From contig NIVC01003571.1 of NCBI GenBank assembly GCA_002269645.1, positions 1 through 64,000 on the forward strand: 64,000 bases of DNA. Direction: 5' to 3'. A program made the translations under genes and the position numbers. Numbering within the stretch: the first letter of the stretch is position 1; every line of letters starts with the position of its first letter. This stretch comes from Macrostomum lignano. Lineage: Eukaryota. Of this stretch, positions 35,527-47,877 are shown one piece after another. The notes below the pieces were generated by a model. That model saw nothing but the letters and a program-made list of their open reading frames with translations. It did not search any database and was not told the origin of the DNA.

Positions 35527-35906
35527 GGCAATCCTACACTTCCGTTCGGTAAATTATTTTCACATTTGAATTCATACCCAAGAGTCCACACCAACACCGT
35601 GGAGGGCACATGGGCCCACGCGAAGCGCAAGATCCGCAACATGCATGGCACAAGCGACGCTCTCTTCGACGCACACATTGAGGAATTTCTCTGGCGTCGT
35701 CTGTATCCCCAATGTCCATTTGGGGCGATCCTGTACTGGATTGGACATTACTATCCATTGTAGACACCTTAATGACCTGCAGACACACTCTAAGTGACTA
35801 TGCGCTCTAACAGACTGCTACCATGTTCCACTGTTTCAGTTTTGTTTAGTTACATTGTTATTTAACACGCCTGTTCAAATGTCAAAATGTCAAATGTAGG
35901 ATTGCC
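35527..35906 (+). mobile_element. Merlin (IS1595/IS1016-like) deletion derivative, 380 bp, left arm only
   Basis: TIR GGCAATCCTACA; 8-bp TSD AAAGGCGC/AAAGGTGC; encodes HTNTVEGTWAHAKRKIR...EEFLWRR; empty site in the right arm near 56470. Confidence 0.88.
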
Positions 35907-36874
35907 AAAGGTGCATATATCCAAGACCTATCTATATAATATAATGGTATTTCTATATATAAATAGTAATGTTAATTGCTAAATAAAAAATAGAGCTTGA
36001 CTAGTAAACCATTTGCTAGTATATGACTGAGTTATTATTTTTTATTAACAGAGCCAGATTTGTCTATATTGTTGATATATTTCTAGCCAAAGCATTATAG
36101 TATTAGTTGCCTATATTAGCTATTAGCTATGCCTTGCCTAGATTAGATATAGTATAGGGCCTTAATTCTATCTAGCCTAGGATAGAACTCTATAGCTTTA
36201 AGGACTTAATTTTAATGTAGGCCTATTAAGTTTTTAATCCATTTTACACAAAATTGACTATTTGATTTGATATCAAACCTATTTAATTTAAGCCCTAGGC
36301 CTAGCCAAAATAAATCATTGCTAAATAGAATTGAAATTTAAAATTAAATATACTAGGCCTAGCCTACCAAAATTTATATATACCAAGTTATATATAGTGC
36401 TAGGCCTAGGGCTAAAGAAAAGTTGAACCCTAATAATACTATTAATTAGACTAATGAATTAGTGAGTAAACTTGAAGCCTGCCTACTATGCCTAATATAA
36501 ATAATTAAGCATACAAGCAAATATTAGAGATTTAGTATATTTGGTTTGGATTAATATATTCTAATTAGGTCTATATTTGATTCAGAATAGCTAAGCCTAC
36601 CTAAGCTTTAGCCTAGGCTAAAGATAAAAGCATGAATTTAGCCTTTTTATTGGATTAAAATATGTTTAGTTAGCATGCTTGGGTTGGGTGTAAACCCTTT
36701 TTTCATCTTTCTATATCCTCTTTTCTTATTCTCTATCTTCTATCCTTATACTCTTTTCTACCCTTTTTACCCTCCCCTTACCTTTTGATCCTATCCTCTT
36801 CAACCTATCTCTATCCTTTTCTACTAGGTTCTACCCTTGTTTATAGCTTTACATTTATTTGTGGCTTCATTCTC

Positions 36875-37800
36875 TTAGCCCTAGCCCTAGCCCCAGCTTA
36901 GCCCTAGCTTGAGATCAAGCCCCAGCTCAAGCTCTAGCCACACCACAGCCCTAGCAGCCAGCTCTAGCTTAAGCTCAAGCACTAGCCCAGTCCCAGCCCT
37001 ATCCCACTCTATCCCAGCCCCTAATCTAGCCCTAACCTTAGCCCTAGCCCTAGTTCCTCCCCTAGCCCTGGCCTTAGCCTTAGTGCTTGTTATCCCTGCC
37101 CCAGCTCTGGCCCTATCACTATCCTGCCCTAGCCCTAGCCCTTGCCCTAGCCCCAGCCCTAGCCCCAGCCCCAGCCCTAGCCCCAGCCTTTGCCCTTGCC
37201 CTAGCCTTAGCCCAAGCCCAAGCCCCAGCCTTAGCCCCAGCCCCAGCCTTTGCCCTAGCCTTAGCCCAAGCCCAAGCCCAAGCCCTAGCCCTAGCCCTTG
37301 CCCCTGCCCTAGCCCCTGCCCTAGCCCCTGCCCTAGCCCTAGCCCCAGCCCTTGCCCTAGCCTTAGCCCTAGCCCTAGCCTTAGCCCAAGCCCTAGCCCA
37401 AGCCCTAGCCCAAGCCCTAGCCTTAGCCTAAGCCCTTGCCCCTGCCCCTGCCCCTGCCCCTGCATTTGCCCTAGCCCCAGCCCCTGCCCTTGCCCTAGCC
37501 CTAGCCCCAGCCCCTGCCCTTGCCCTAGCCCTAGCCCCAGCCCCTGCCCTTGCCCTAGCCCTAGCCCCAGCCCTACCCCACCCAAGCCCTACCCCACCCC
37601 AGCGTCAGTCCTACCCCACCCCATCGCCAGCCCTACCCCACCCTAGCGCCAGCCCTACCCCACTCCAGCCCCAGCCCTACCCTACCCCAGCCCTACCCCA
37701 CCCCAGCCCTACCCCATCTCAGCGCCAGCCCTACCCCATCCCAGTCTTGGCCCTAGACCCCCAGAACTGGCCCTTTCACTATCCTAGCCCTAACCCCAGC
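36875..37800. repeat. Telomere-like degenerate hexamer tract (CCCTAG/CCCCAG/CCCAAG/CCCTTG)n, left arm
   Basis: C-rich hexamers on the top strand, within a pyrimidine-rich zone at ~36700-39250. Confidence 0.9.
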
Positions 37801-39329
37801 AGAATTCTACTTCTTTGACTCCTGCACCCCTGCACTCCCTACACCCCGTGCACTCCACATGTGCTGTTTGTATTTTTATGAATGCTTTTTTGTTGCTTTA
37901 ATCATTAATTCCTCCCAGGCAGTCCTTCTAGGCTATCTTTCCTAGGCAGCCCCCAGGCAAACCTTTCAAGGCAGCTTTCCCAGGCAAACCCTCCCAGACA
38001 GCCCCCCTACCCTCCTCTACTCTTCTATCCTCTCCTTACTCTTCTCTACCCTTTATCCTCCTACTCTCCTCTACTATCCTACACACCTCTATCCTTCTCT
38101 ACCCTCTACCCCTTCTCTACCCTCTTCTACCAGCTCCTCCCCTCCTCTGCAGCTATACCCTTGTCTATTGCCTTAACCTCCGTTACCAGCCTCACCCCCT
38201 ACTCTCCTCTACCAGCTCCTACCCTTCTCTGCCCTTCTACCATTTCCTACCCTCCTACCTTCTACTCTCCCCTGCCCTGCTCTACCCTTCGACACTTTCC
38301 CTTCTCTCTTCTACCAGCTCCTACCCTCCTCTACCAACTCTTACCCTCCTAGCCTCCGCCATCAGCTCCTACCCTCCTATAACAGGAGGAATAACAGGAT
38401 AATGAACCTAGATTAGATTCTATCTACTATACTAGGTTAGTAGCCTATCCTACCTACTAGGCTAGTAAATATAATACCTATCATTCTACCGTCTAGACTT
38501 ATAGGTGCTAATCTACTTTATAGTCTGTTAGGCTTCGCGGGTCAACCTGCTAGTCTTCTAGGTACAAATCCACTCTATCTACCTGACTAGTAGTTGCTAA
38601 ACAACTCTGTACCCTACAAGGCTAGTAGTCCTAATATACCTATCTACGAGCTCGTACTAGGCAAGTTGTGCTAAACTGCCCTACCTTATATGCTAATAGT
38701 TGCTCAAATATTCCTTTTAGAAGCTTCTGAGTAGTTGAAGTCAGTTTGCTTAAGGTCTTTCACTCTCCCTTTTTCTCTTTGCTATTCTCCCCTAGCCTTG
38801 ATATTCTTCTCCTTACCCATCCTTGCTATTCTCTTACCTTCCTTCTATTCCTGTTTTTTTCTTTTATATTCCCTGCTGAACTTCCCCTCCTCCTCTATCC
38901 TTTTCATTCCCTTCCTCCTCTATCCTTGTTGCTATTTCCCTTCTCCATTCTCCTTGTCCCCCATTCTCCTTGCTATTCCTCTTTGCTTTGCTCCTTTTTC
39001 TCCCCTTCAGACCCAGCCCTTTCCTCCCCTTCAGACCTGACCCTCTCCTCCATTCAGTACCCACCCTCTCCTCCCCTTCAGATTCCACCCTCTCCTCCCC
39101 TTCAGATTCCACCCTCTCCTCCCCTACAGATCCCACCCTCTCTTCCCCTTCAAACCCTCTTCTCCCCTTTAGACCCCAGCCTCTTCTCCCCTTCAGACCC
39201 CCCCCTTTTCTTCTTTCCAGCCTCACCTCGTAGCTCTGCTAATTAAACTTTAACTATTCTTTTCAGAAGAAGTGGAGAAGAATTTATCTCCTTCCTCTCT
39301 TCAGAATATCCTCGCATCGGTCTTGTGGT

Positions 39330-40075
39330 CATTCTACGTGCCGTAGCGACTGGTCGCAGCAACCATAACTCTCTACCGCCGCCGTAATGGCACCTGACGT
39401 ACTGTCCAACCTGTTCAACACGACCTCAGGGTGCTGCAGAGCGACACACTTGCGGCCTACCTTTTCGTTTTGGTGCTCGATGGGGTGCTACGGAGGGCCC
39501 TGCCAACAGATGAGGACGGCTTCCTACTGTGGCTGCAAACAAACAGCCGCCATCTGGAGTCGGCGTAACCCAGGAGCTGTTTGCCTCTACGGCTGAGGGA
39601 GCCCAGCGCATGCTAGACAGCCTGGTGGCAGCTGCGGCATCGGTCGGGCTAGCGGTGAACATCGAGAAGAGGCAGGTGATGTGTACCTGCGGAGCTGCCT
39701 ATCAAAATCACCTGCTGGGATGCCCGACGATCGTGCATTGGCTCTACCTCGCTGCACGCGCTTCACGTACCTCGGCAGTCTTGTGCCCAGTGTCCAGGAG
39801 GACTTGGCGCGACGCAGGGGCCTGGCCTGGGTTGCCTTCCGCTCTATCCGAGTTGTCCTGTAGGACGCCGCGCTGCCAGACTGCTGCGACGACCTAGCGA
39901 GACCCTCCGCAGGCAAAGACTTCAACTGGCGGGCCACACCATTCGGCGGAGGCTTACTGTTCTCAACCAGTGCAGGACGTCCTGCTACTCACGATGCAGG
40001 GCCCCTGGCCCCGAGGCTACGGCCGGGCGAGCCGCTACGCGGATTGCTTGCTAGATGACGCTGGGGTGATCGGCT
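39330..40075 (+). pseudogene. Non-LTR retrotransposon RT fragment (RTE-like), copy 1
   Basis: GVLQSDTLAAYLFVLVLD, STAEGAQRMLDSLVAAAASVGLAVN, FTYLGS...RRGLAWVAF, RLQLAGH; frameshifted, no YADD found. Confidence 0.8.
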
Positions 40076-41239
40076 AGGAATTCTGTTGCCGCCTTCAGAG
40101 AGCTCACACCGAGAAAACTGATCTGACACCACCTCCATTGTGAACTGTACTCTGTTGAGTCCCCGGCGGTTTGCCTTGTTGTTGTCTCTTCAGAATAATT
40201 TGCCCAGCTGCGAACTGTGATGGTGCATATCGCGTACTCGCGATTCAAAAGTTTATGCTTCTTACTGTTTCACTGATCTAATTCCAAACCTACCACGCAA
40301 ACTATTTACTTTTAATTCCGTGTGCTTTTCTTGTGTTTTACTTTTTACCGTTTGGTGTCAATGCTATTTATTGCGTGTAATATTGTCGCAAAATTCAACT
40401 TCGGATGTCAATATTTAGCTACTGCCGCTGTTCTGCATTACAAATACTTCCGCATGTACTGACGTAACATTGCGCCAATAATTTTACATTGCGTGGCGTC
40501 GAAACCAATCTGCTGTTGAATGCTACTAGCGTAGCTAATGGCCGTTTGAATCTCTTGAAATACACTAAAATGTCATGCTGTAGTATTGCTGTTGAAGATC
40601 TAAACGAGACTAGCCATACTCCCTACTGATCCATATGCTTCTCAAGCAAGGTATACGGAAAGCAGAATGAGCAGCAAACTTAGTATTTGATCTTTGGATC
40701 CCTTATAGAACCAAGGGAAGGGATCTAGTCTAGATGTAACATTTAAATAAAAATTCTTGATATAATGGAATTCAATTAATTCCTAACCGTAGTAATTTTT
40801 TAACTTCCACTTTCCCCGAGTTTGACCACTTTCTCTGCTACAGGCTTAAGCTAAACCAACGCAAAATACGAGCCTGAATAAAAAACAACTCACTCCACAA
40901 CCTTAAGCTTAATATTTCTTTCTGCCACTGCTGTGTCTTGCAATACTCATAAATCCTGTGACTTCGCTTCACAGATGTTGCTTGAGAAACATATGCCGTC
41001 CCATTTGAATTGGCGCAAGTCTCTTTTACATCGTCAAAAGCAATATGTCTGGTGCCAATTATATTTGTGCCGATCAAACTTCCTAGAGAATGATTTGTTG
41101 ATAACTACATGTCCCTGTCTTGAAGCTTGCACGCTGTCTTTAACCATTATTTTGTCGGTGTACAACGTGGAACCGATCAGACAAGTTGGTCGTAAATTCC
41201 CTAAAATCCTGGATAGGGGCTGAGCTGTTGGGGAAGAGC

Positions 41240-42402
41240 TAGGCGGCAAGCAGCGGAGCTGTTGGGGGAGCCGCGGTAGGCAGCGGAGCTGTTGGGGGAG
41301 AGGCGGTAGGCAGCGGAGCTGTTGGGGGAGCCGCGGTAGGCAGCGGAGCTGTTGGGGGAGCCGCGGTAGGCAGCGGAGCTGTTGGGGGAGAGGCGGTAGG
41401 CAGCGGAGCTGTTGGGGGAGAGGCGGTAGGCAGCGGAGCTGTTGGGGGAGAGGCGGTAGACAGCGGAAATGTTGGGGGAGCCGCGGTAGGCAGCGGAGCT
41501 GCTGGGGGAGAGGCGGCAAGCAGCGGAGCTGTTGGGGGAGCCGCGGTAGGCAGCGAAGCTGTTGGGGGAGAGGCGATAGACAGCGGAAATGTTGGGGGAG
41601 CCGCGGTAGGCAGCGGAGCTGCTGGGGGAGAGGCGGCAAGCAGCGGAGCTGTTGGGGGAGCCGCGGTAGGCAGCGGAGCTGTTGGGGGAGCCGCGGTAGG
41701 CAGCGGAGCTGTTGGGGGAGAGGCGGTAGGCAGCGGAGCTGTTGGGGGAGCCGCGGTAGGCAGCGGAGCTGTTGGGGGAGAGGCGGTAGGCAGCGGAGCT
41801 GTTGGGGGAGAGGCGGTAGACAGCGGAAATGTTGGGGGAGCCGCGGTAGGCAGCGGAGCTGTTGGGGGAGCCGCGGTAGGCAGCGGAGCTGCTGGGGGAG
41901 AGGCGGCAAGCAGCGGAGCTGTTAGGGGAGCCGCGGTAGGCAGCGGAGCTGTTGGGGGAGCCGCGGTAGGCAGCGGAGCTGTTGGGGGAGAGGCGGTAGA
42001 CAGCGGAAATGTTGGAGGAGCCGCGGTAGGCAGCGGAGCTGCTGGGGGAGAGGCGGCAAGCAGCGGAGCTGTTGGGGAGCCGCGGTAGGCAGCGGAGCTG
42101 TTGGGGGAGCCGCGGTAGGCAGCGGAGCTGTTGGGGAGAGGCGGTAGGCAGCGGAGCTGTTGGGGAGCCGCGGTAGGCAGCGGAGCTGCTGGGGGAGAGG
42201 CGGTAGACAGCGGAAATGTTGGGGAGCCGCGGTAGGCAGCGGAGCTGCTGGGGGAGAGGCGGCAAGCAGCGGAGCTGTTGGGGAGCCGCGGTAGGCAGCG
42301 GAGCTGTTGGGGGAGAGGCGGTAAGCAGCGGAGCTGTTGGGGGAGCCGCGGTAAGCAGCGGAGCTGTTGGGGGAGCCGCGGTAGGCAGCGGAGCTGTTGG
42401 GT
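41240..42402. repeat. 30-bp G-rich minisatellite (GCAGCGGAGCTGTTGGGGGAGCCGCGGTAG)n, ~39 units
   Basis: Tandem variant units at the inner end of the left arm. Confidence 0.95.
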
Positions 42403-42635
42403 GAAGGAGGAGGTGGCATACATGTAAGTACATGTAGGTTTCTATGCGATCATATTCCACAGAAGTCGCCTTCAAAATTGGATACATGTTCGGCGTTCGA
42501 AAAATGAATCCCTCTCAGTGTGCATCCCTCCCTGGTGGTACCAAAGAATACCATTTTGTCAATCAAGTTTAGGATTGCCCATTAACCTACAGATAGTAGA
42601 AAGCGAAGACAATGAGGAAAGTGAAGCCTTTTGAC

Positions 42636-42809
42636 GGGTCGCTTTCATAAGACCGAAATTTTCCAACGCCGAAAACTACTGCACGATGCTTTCAGAAGAC
42701 CGAAGCTTCATAAGACCGACCGAGACACAACGCCGAAAACTGACCAAGGTCAAAGGGCCCTGCATTTTGAGTTTTTGGCGTTGTGAAATTTCGGTCTTAT
42801 GAAATCCCC
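42636..42809. mobile_element. MITE (~175 bp) with TTTCATAAGACCGAAATTT TIRs, MULE-like GG ends
   Basis: Inverted match of ~40 bp at both ends; the flanks share CCTTTT only. Confidence 0.6.
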
Positions 42810-43640
42810 CCTTTTACGAAGCCGATGAGTTCGTGCCGTAGTGTACTAACTAATATCCGAGTTTAAGTGTATTATTCTATAATTTAATTCGCTGCCTGTC
42901 AGCCATGATGGATCTATACAGGGAGCGGAGATTAATTTACATGTATGTACTCTTATATTACATGTATATAAACATAACAATTCATATCTTACTTCCTTGG
43001 CTCTTTCTTTACCAGTGGAATGGCCGTCTATGGCCAAAAGTCATTAAATTGTTGCCTGAGAATTCAAAACGAGACCGATTGTAGAGCCACTCATTCATTT
43101 TTTTCTTGAAGCTGAAGTTTTTGATGAATAACGCTGAGAATACGCTCGAAATCACGTGCGACATCACCCTTGGGCAGTCCAGCCCGATGAAGTGTCGTTG
43201 CTACAGATTGTCCAGCAGTCAAAAGTTGACATTCATGTCAAGGTTGATATCCACTTCTTCCATGTTGAAAATTGAATACTGAAGCAATCCACTCGCTCAG
43301 CAAATTCAGCCTACCCCTTCATTTTGCTCCTATAAAATACGCTAGCTACTGTAGTATTGTGTTGCCTGTTTTATTCAGTTTATGTCAGAAAGGGCTCTCT
43401 CCGCCTACCCTTTAACTCGTAATATCTGTGGAGTAAGTATATTTATCATTTATTGAGAATGATGCAACTTACGGCATGCGCGAAGCTCATTGGCACTTGG
43501 GGGTTGCACAGGACAACGCACCGCCACACCGAGCCGATGCTGTTAGTCAACCGAAAGAACAGCTACAGCTGCGCACTCTGCGCTGGTCCCGGTCCCCAGA
43601 CATGAACCCCATCGAGTAATGTCTGGGACTTCCTGACAGT

Positions 43641-44329
43641 ATGGCACCTGACGTACTGTCCAACCTGTTCAACACGACCTCAGGGTGCTGCAGAGCGACA
43701 CACTTGCGGCCTACCTTTTCGTTTTGGTGCTCGATGGGGTGCTACGGAGGGCCCTGCCAACAGATGAGGACGGCTTCCTACTGTGGCTGCAAACAAACAG
43801 CCGCCATCTGGAGTCGGCGTAACCCAGGAGCTGTTTGCCTCTACGGCTGAGGGAGCCCAGCGCATGCTAGACAGCCTGGTGGCAGCTGCGGCATCGGTCG
43901 GGCTAGCGGTGAACATCGAGAAGAGGCAGGTGATGTGTACCTGCGGAGCTGCCTATCAAAATCACCTGCTGGGATGCCCGACGATCGTGCATTGGCTCTA
44001 CCTCGCTGCACGCGCTTCACGTACCTCGGCAGTCTTGTGCCCAGTGTCCAGGAGGACTTGGCGCGACGCAGGGGCCTGGCCTGGGTTGCCTTCCGCTCTA
44101 TCCGAGTTGTCCTGTAGGACGCCGCGCTGCCAGACTGCTGCGACGACCTAGCGAGACCCTCCGCAGGCAAAGACTTCAACTGGCGGGCCACACCATTCGG
44201 CGGAGGCTTACTGTTCTCAACCAGTGCAGGACGTCCTGCTACTCACGATGCAGGGCCCCTGGCCCCGAGGCTACGGCCGGGCGAGCCGCTACGCGGATTG
44301 CTTGCTAGATGACGCTGGGGTGATCGGCT
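43641..44329 (+). pseudogene. RTE-like RT fragment, copy 2 (inside templated duplication)
   Basis: Near-identical to 39387-40075. Confidence 0.8.
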
Positions 44330-45114
44330 AGGAATTCTGTTGCCGCCTTCAGAGAGCTCACACCGAGAAAACTGATCTGACACCACCTCCATTGTGAACT
44401 GTACTCTGTTGAGTCCCCGGCGGTTTGCCTTGTTGTTGTCTCTTCAGAATAATTTGCCCAGCTGCGAACTGTGATGGTGCATATCGCGTACTCGCGATTC
44501 AAAAGTTTATGCTTCTTACTGTTTCACTGATCTAATTCCAAACCTACCACGCAAACTATTTACTTTTAATTCCGTGTGCTTTTCTTGTGTTTTACTTTTT
44601 ACCGTTTGGTGTCAATGCTATTTATTGCGTGTAATATTGTCGCAAAATTCAACTTCGGATGTCAATATTTAGCTACTGCCGCTGTTCTGCATTACAAATA
44701 CTTCCGCATGTACTGACGTAACATTGCGCCAATAATTTTACATTGCGTGGCGTCGAAACCAATCTGCTGTTGAATGCTACTAGCGTAGCTAATGGCCGTT
44801 TGAATCTCTTGAAATACACTAAAATGTCATGCTGTAGTATTGCTGTTGAAGATCTAGACGAGACTAGCCATACTCCCTACTGATCCATATGCTTCTCAAG
44901 CAAGGTATACGGAAAGCAGAATGAGCAGCAAACTTAGTATTTGATCTTTGGATCCCTTATAGAACCAAGGGAAGGGATCTAGTCTAGATGTAACATTTAA
45001 ATAAAAATTCTTGATATAATGGAATTCAATTAATTCCTAACCGTAGTAATTTTTTAACTTCCACTTTCCCCGAGTTTGACCACTTTCTCTGCTACAGGCT
45101 TAAGCTAAACCAAC

Positions 45115-45543
45115 GCTGTTGGGGGAGAGGCGGTAGGCAGCGGAGCTGTTGGGGGAGCCGCGGTAGGCAGCGGAGCTGCTGGGGGAGAGGCGGTAGACAG
45201 CGGAAATGTTGGGGGAGCCGCGGTAGGCAGCGGAGCTGCTGGGGGAGAGGCGGCAAGCAGCGGAGCTGTTGGGGGAGCCGCGGTAGGCAGCGGAGCTGTT
45301 GGGGGAGAGGCGGTAAGCAGCGGAGCTGTTGGGGGAGCCGCGGTAAGCAGCGGAAATGTTGGGGGAGCCGCGGTAGGCAGCGGAGCTGCTGGGGGAGAGG
45401 CGGCAAGCAGCGGAGCTGTTGGGGGAGCCGCGGTAGGCAGCGGAGCTGTTGGGGGAGAGGCGGTAAGCAGCGGAGCTGTTGGGGGAGCCGCGGTAAGCAG
45501 CGGAGCTGTTGGGGGAGCCGCGGTAGGCAGCGGAGCTGTTGGG
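45115..45543. repeat. Same 30-bp minisatellite, ~14 units
   Basis: Inside the duplicated segment of the spacer. Confidence 0.95.
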
Positions 45544-46658
45544 TGAAGGAGGAGGTGGCATACATGTAAGTACATGTAGGTTTCTATGCGATCATATTCC
45601 ACAGAAGTCGCCTTCAAAATTGGATACATGTTCGGCGTTCGAAAAATGAATCCCTCTCAGTGTGCATCCCTCCCTGGTGGTACCAAAGAATACCATTTTG
45701 TCAATCAAGTTTAGGATTGCCCATTAACCTACAGATAGACATGTAGACAGACATGAACCCCATCGAGTAATGTCTGGGACTTCCTAAAACGCGGCATTCA
45801 AAAAGAGAATCCACCACAGAATGTTGTGGAGTTTCGTCATGTCATCGAAAACGCTTGACAGCAGCTTCCCCAGGACTTTCTGCGCCGCCTCATCCTTTGG
45901 AATGCCCCGCAGTCGCCGCACTTCTGTGTGCGAGGGGATCCCACACGTGTTATAACCCACCGCGATTGAAACTGCACATTGCATAAAAATGAACAAACTG
46001 CTGATTTTGTGCGACTGACGTTTATTGATTCAATCAACTTTCCCTTCCCCCGCGGCAGCTTAGTTGCGCGTTGAGGGCGGATTGCGAGTGAAAAGTTGTG
46101 ATAAGTGAGAAAATTTTCATCTCCCTTGGAGGATGGAACTTTTGACTGTTTGACTGCACTTTTTATTCCGGACTGATCCCATTATTGCATCATCTAAAAT
46201 AATTTGATTGCCATGCTTAATTTCCATCCAATTCGTCAAGAGACTGAAACGATTAATTCGATCATATGTGACCAAGAAAATTCTAGGTCAGTGACTTCAC
46301 TTTCTGTTTAAAAATACCAGCAGTGATATACTCATTAATAGTTCTATATTGACCGAGGACAACACGCTGCTTTCAACGAAAGATTTAGGAGGGGAGACTT
46401 TGGCCTGAAGCCCCCATTCATCCCATAGCCAGCCAAGCCCCTGAAATTTGGTAAAAAGTAGTGTAGTCAGTAGTCATTATACATGTATGGGGTATTTTCG
46501 TTGAAAATAAAAGTTTTGTGCCAATTGAGTAGAGCTCATATTCTTTTGCTCCTACATTAAGGTGCAGTTTTTTGCGGTGCCCACCCTTCCTATGCGCACT
46601 TCCCGCTTGCCAGCAGTGCCCGAAGTTGATTCTATACTCTTATACTCGTACATGTATA

Positions 46659-47256
46659 CACTCAGCAACAGTCAAAACCGCCACCCTACCGAGAGAGGCG
46701 ACTTCTCTCTCACCTCAACTGCAAGTGACGTAACTTGCGCCACGGCGTGGCTAAAGCTGGGTGAGAGTGAATTCCAGGGTGAGAGTACAAAAGGGACTGG
46801 GGTTGGGGTTAGGGGTGCAACAGTACACGTGACAATGGTCAGGCATATGACAGACGCTGAACGATGGCGCACTGTTGGCATGCTAGAAGTTGGTGCATCC
46901 ATCAGCGCAGTTGCTCGCCAATTTGGCCGATCACGTTCAACAATTCGAGCGCTGTTAACGAAGTCCCAAGAGACTGGTAGTGTTCAGCATGCAGCCATAG
47001 GCAGCCAGCGCCATGATCTCCGCGGCTCCACAGCCAGGGCAAATCGACGTCTGCTGCGGATTGTCAGGCGAACTCCGACCGCGCCAGCAGCCACCCTGCT
47101 CTGTCTAATGTGGGGTGAAAGAAGCAGATTGCCCTCTCCTGCATTCACTCTCACCCAGCTTTAGCCACGCCGTGGCGCAAGTTACGTCACTTGCAGTTGA
47201 GGTGAGAGAGAAGTCGCCTCTCTCGGTAGGGTGGCGGTTTTGACTGTTGCTGAGTG
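46659..47256 (+). mobile_element. Tc1/mariner non-autonomous element (598 bp)
   Basis: TA|CACTCAGCAACAGTC...GACTGTTGCTGAGTG|TA, ~113-bp TIRs; internal N-terminal HTH MTDAERWRTVGMLEVGASISAVARQFGRSRSTI. Confidence 0.9.
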
Positions 47257-47877
47257 TAGTTTTGGCAAACTTGGTTACAAAAAGGTACGGCTCGTACAGT
47301 AAACATGTATTACCATCTGGCATCTGGGTGACGGTTTTAAATGTTGCTAGGGCTGTGACCTGGGTGCTCTACTCCACTCTAACTTGATGCCTGTAAGGCT
47401 TAGTTTCCGATCATTTACTTCATTTACTAATTTAAGCTGTCGCGAGAGAGAGAGAGAGAGAGAGGGGGCTCTGCAGTCCCAGTCCCTACCCCCCATTTAA
47501 CGCCTTAGCCCTAGGTTTTCAAAAATTGATTGCCGCAATTTGACTGCAGTCAATTTGTCTGGGGAATAAATGAACTCTAAACATTTGGTACTTAACATTC
47601 GAGCCGCGGCACTTGATCGTTTCGAACCAAAATAATGTTGCTGGAGAATACATGTACATATAGTACTGCATATAGCTAAAGTAACAAATATGACCCTCAA
47701 TAAAATAATATATAAAATCATGCTTCTGTAACTTCTGAATGTACATGTAGCAAGGCTTTGGGGCATAAACGATTATAGGCCGTACCGAAAAAATAAGAAT
47801 TTTCCAATATTCTGCTTAGAACTATCTATTTCTGCCGCCACATACAACTCTCAAAGCTCCGGCCTACCCGCCTCCCG

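Larger units (their letters stand above)
43490..45957 (+). pseudogene. Tc1-type transposase C-terminal relic interrupted by a 2.1-kb insertion
   Basis: QDNAPPHRA...RSPDMNPIE at 43507-43617, resuming at 45748 with DMNPIE*..WDFLKRG...QQLPQDFLRRLI... Confidence 0.75.

Noticed and set aside
36887-37646. GL/PS/AL dipeptide-repeat ORFs (and mirror at 54464-55229)
   Set aside because: Artefact of the hexamer tract.
41034-42487. 291-428 aa repeat ORFs
   Set aside because: Same 30-bp array, inverse copy.
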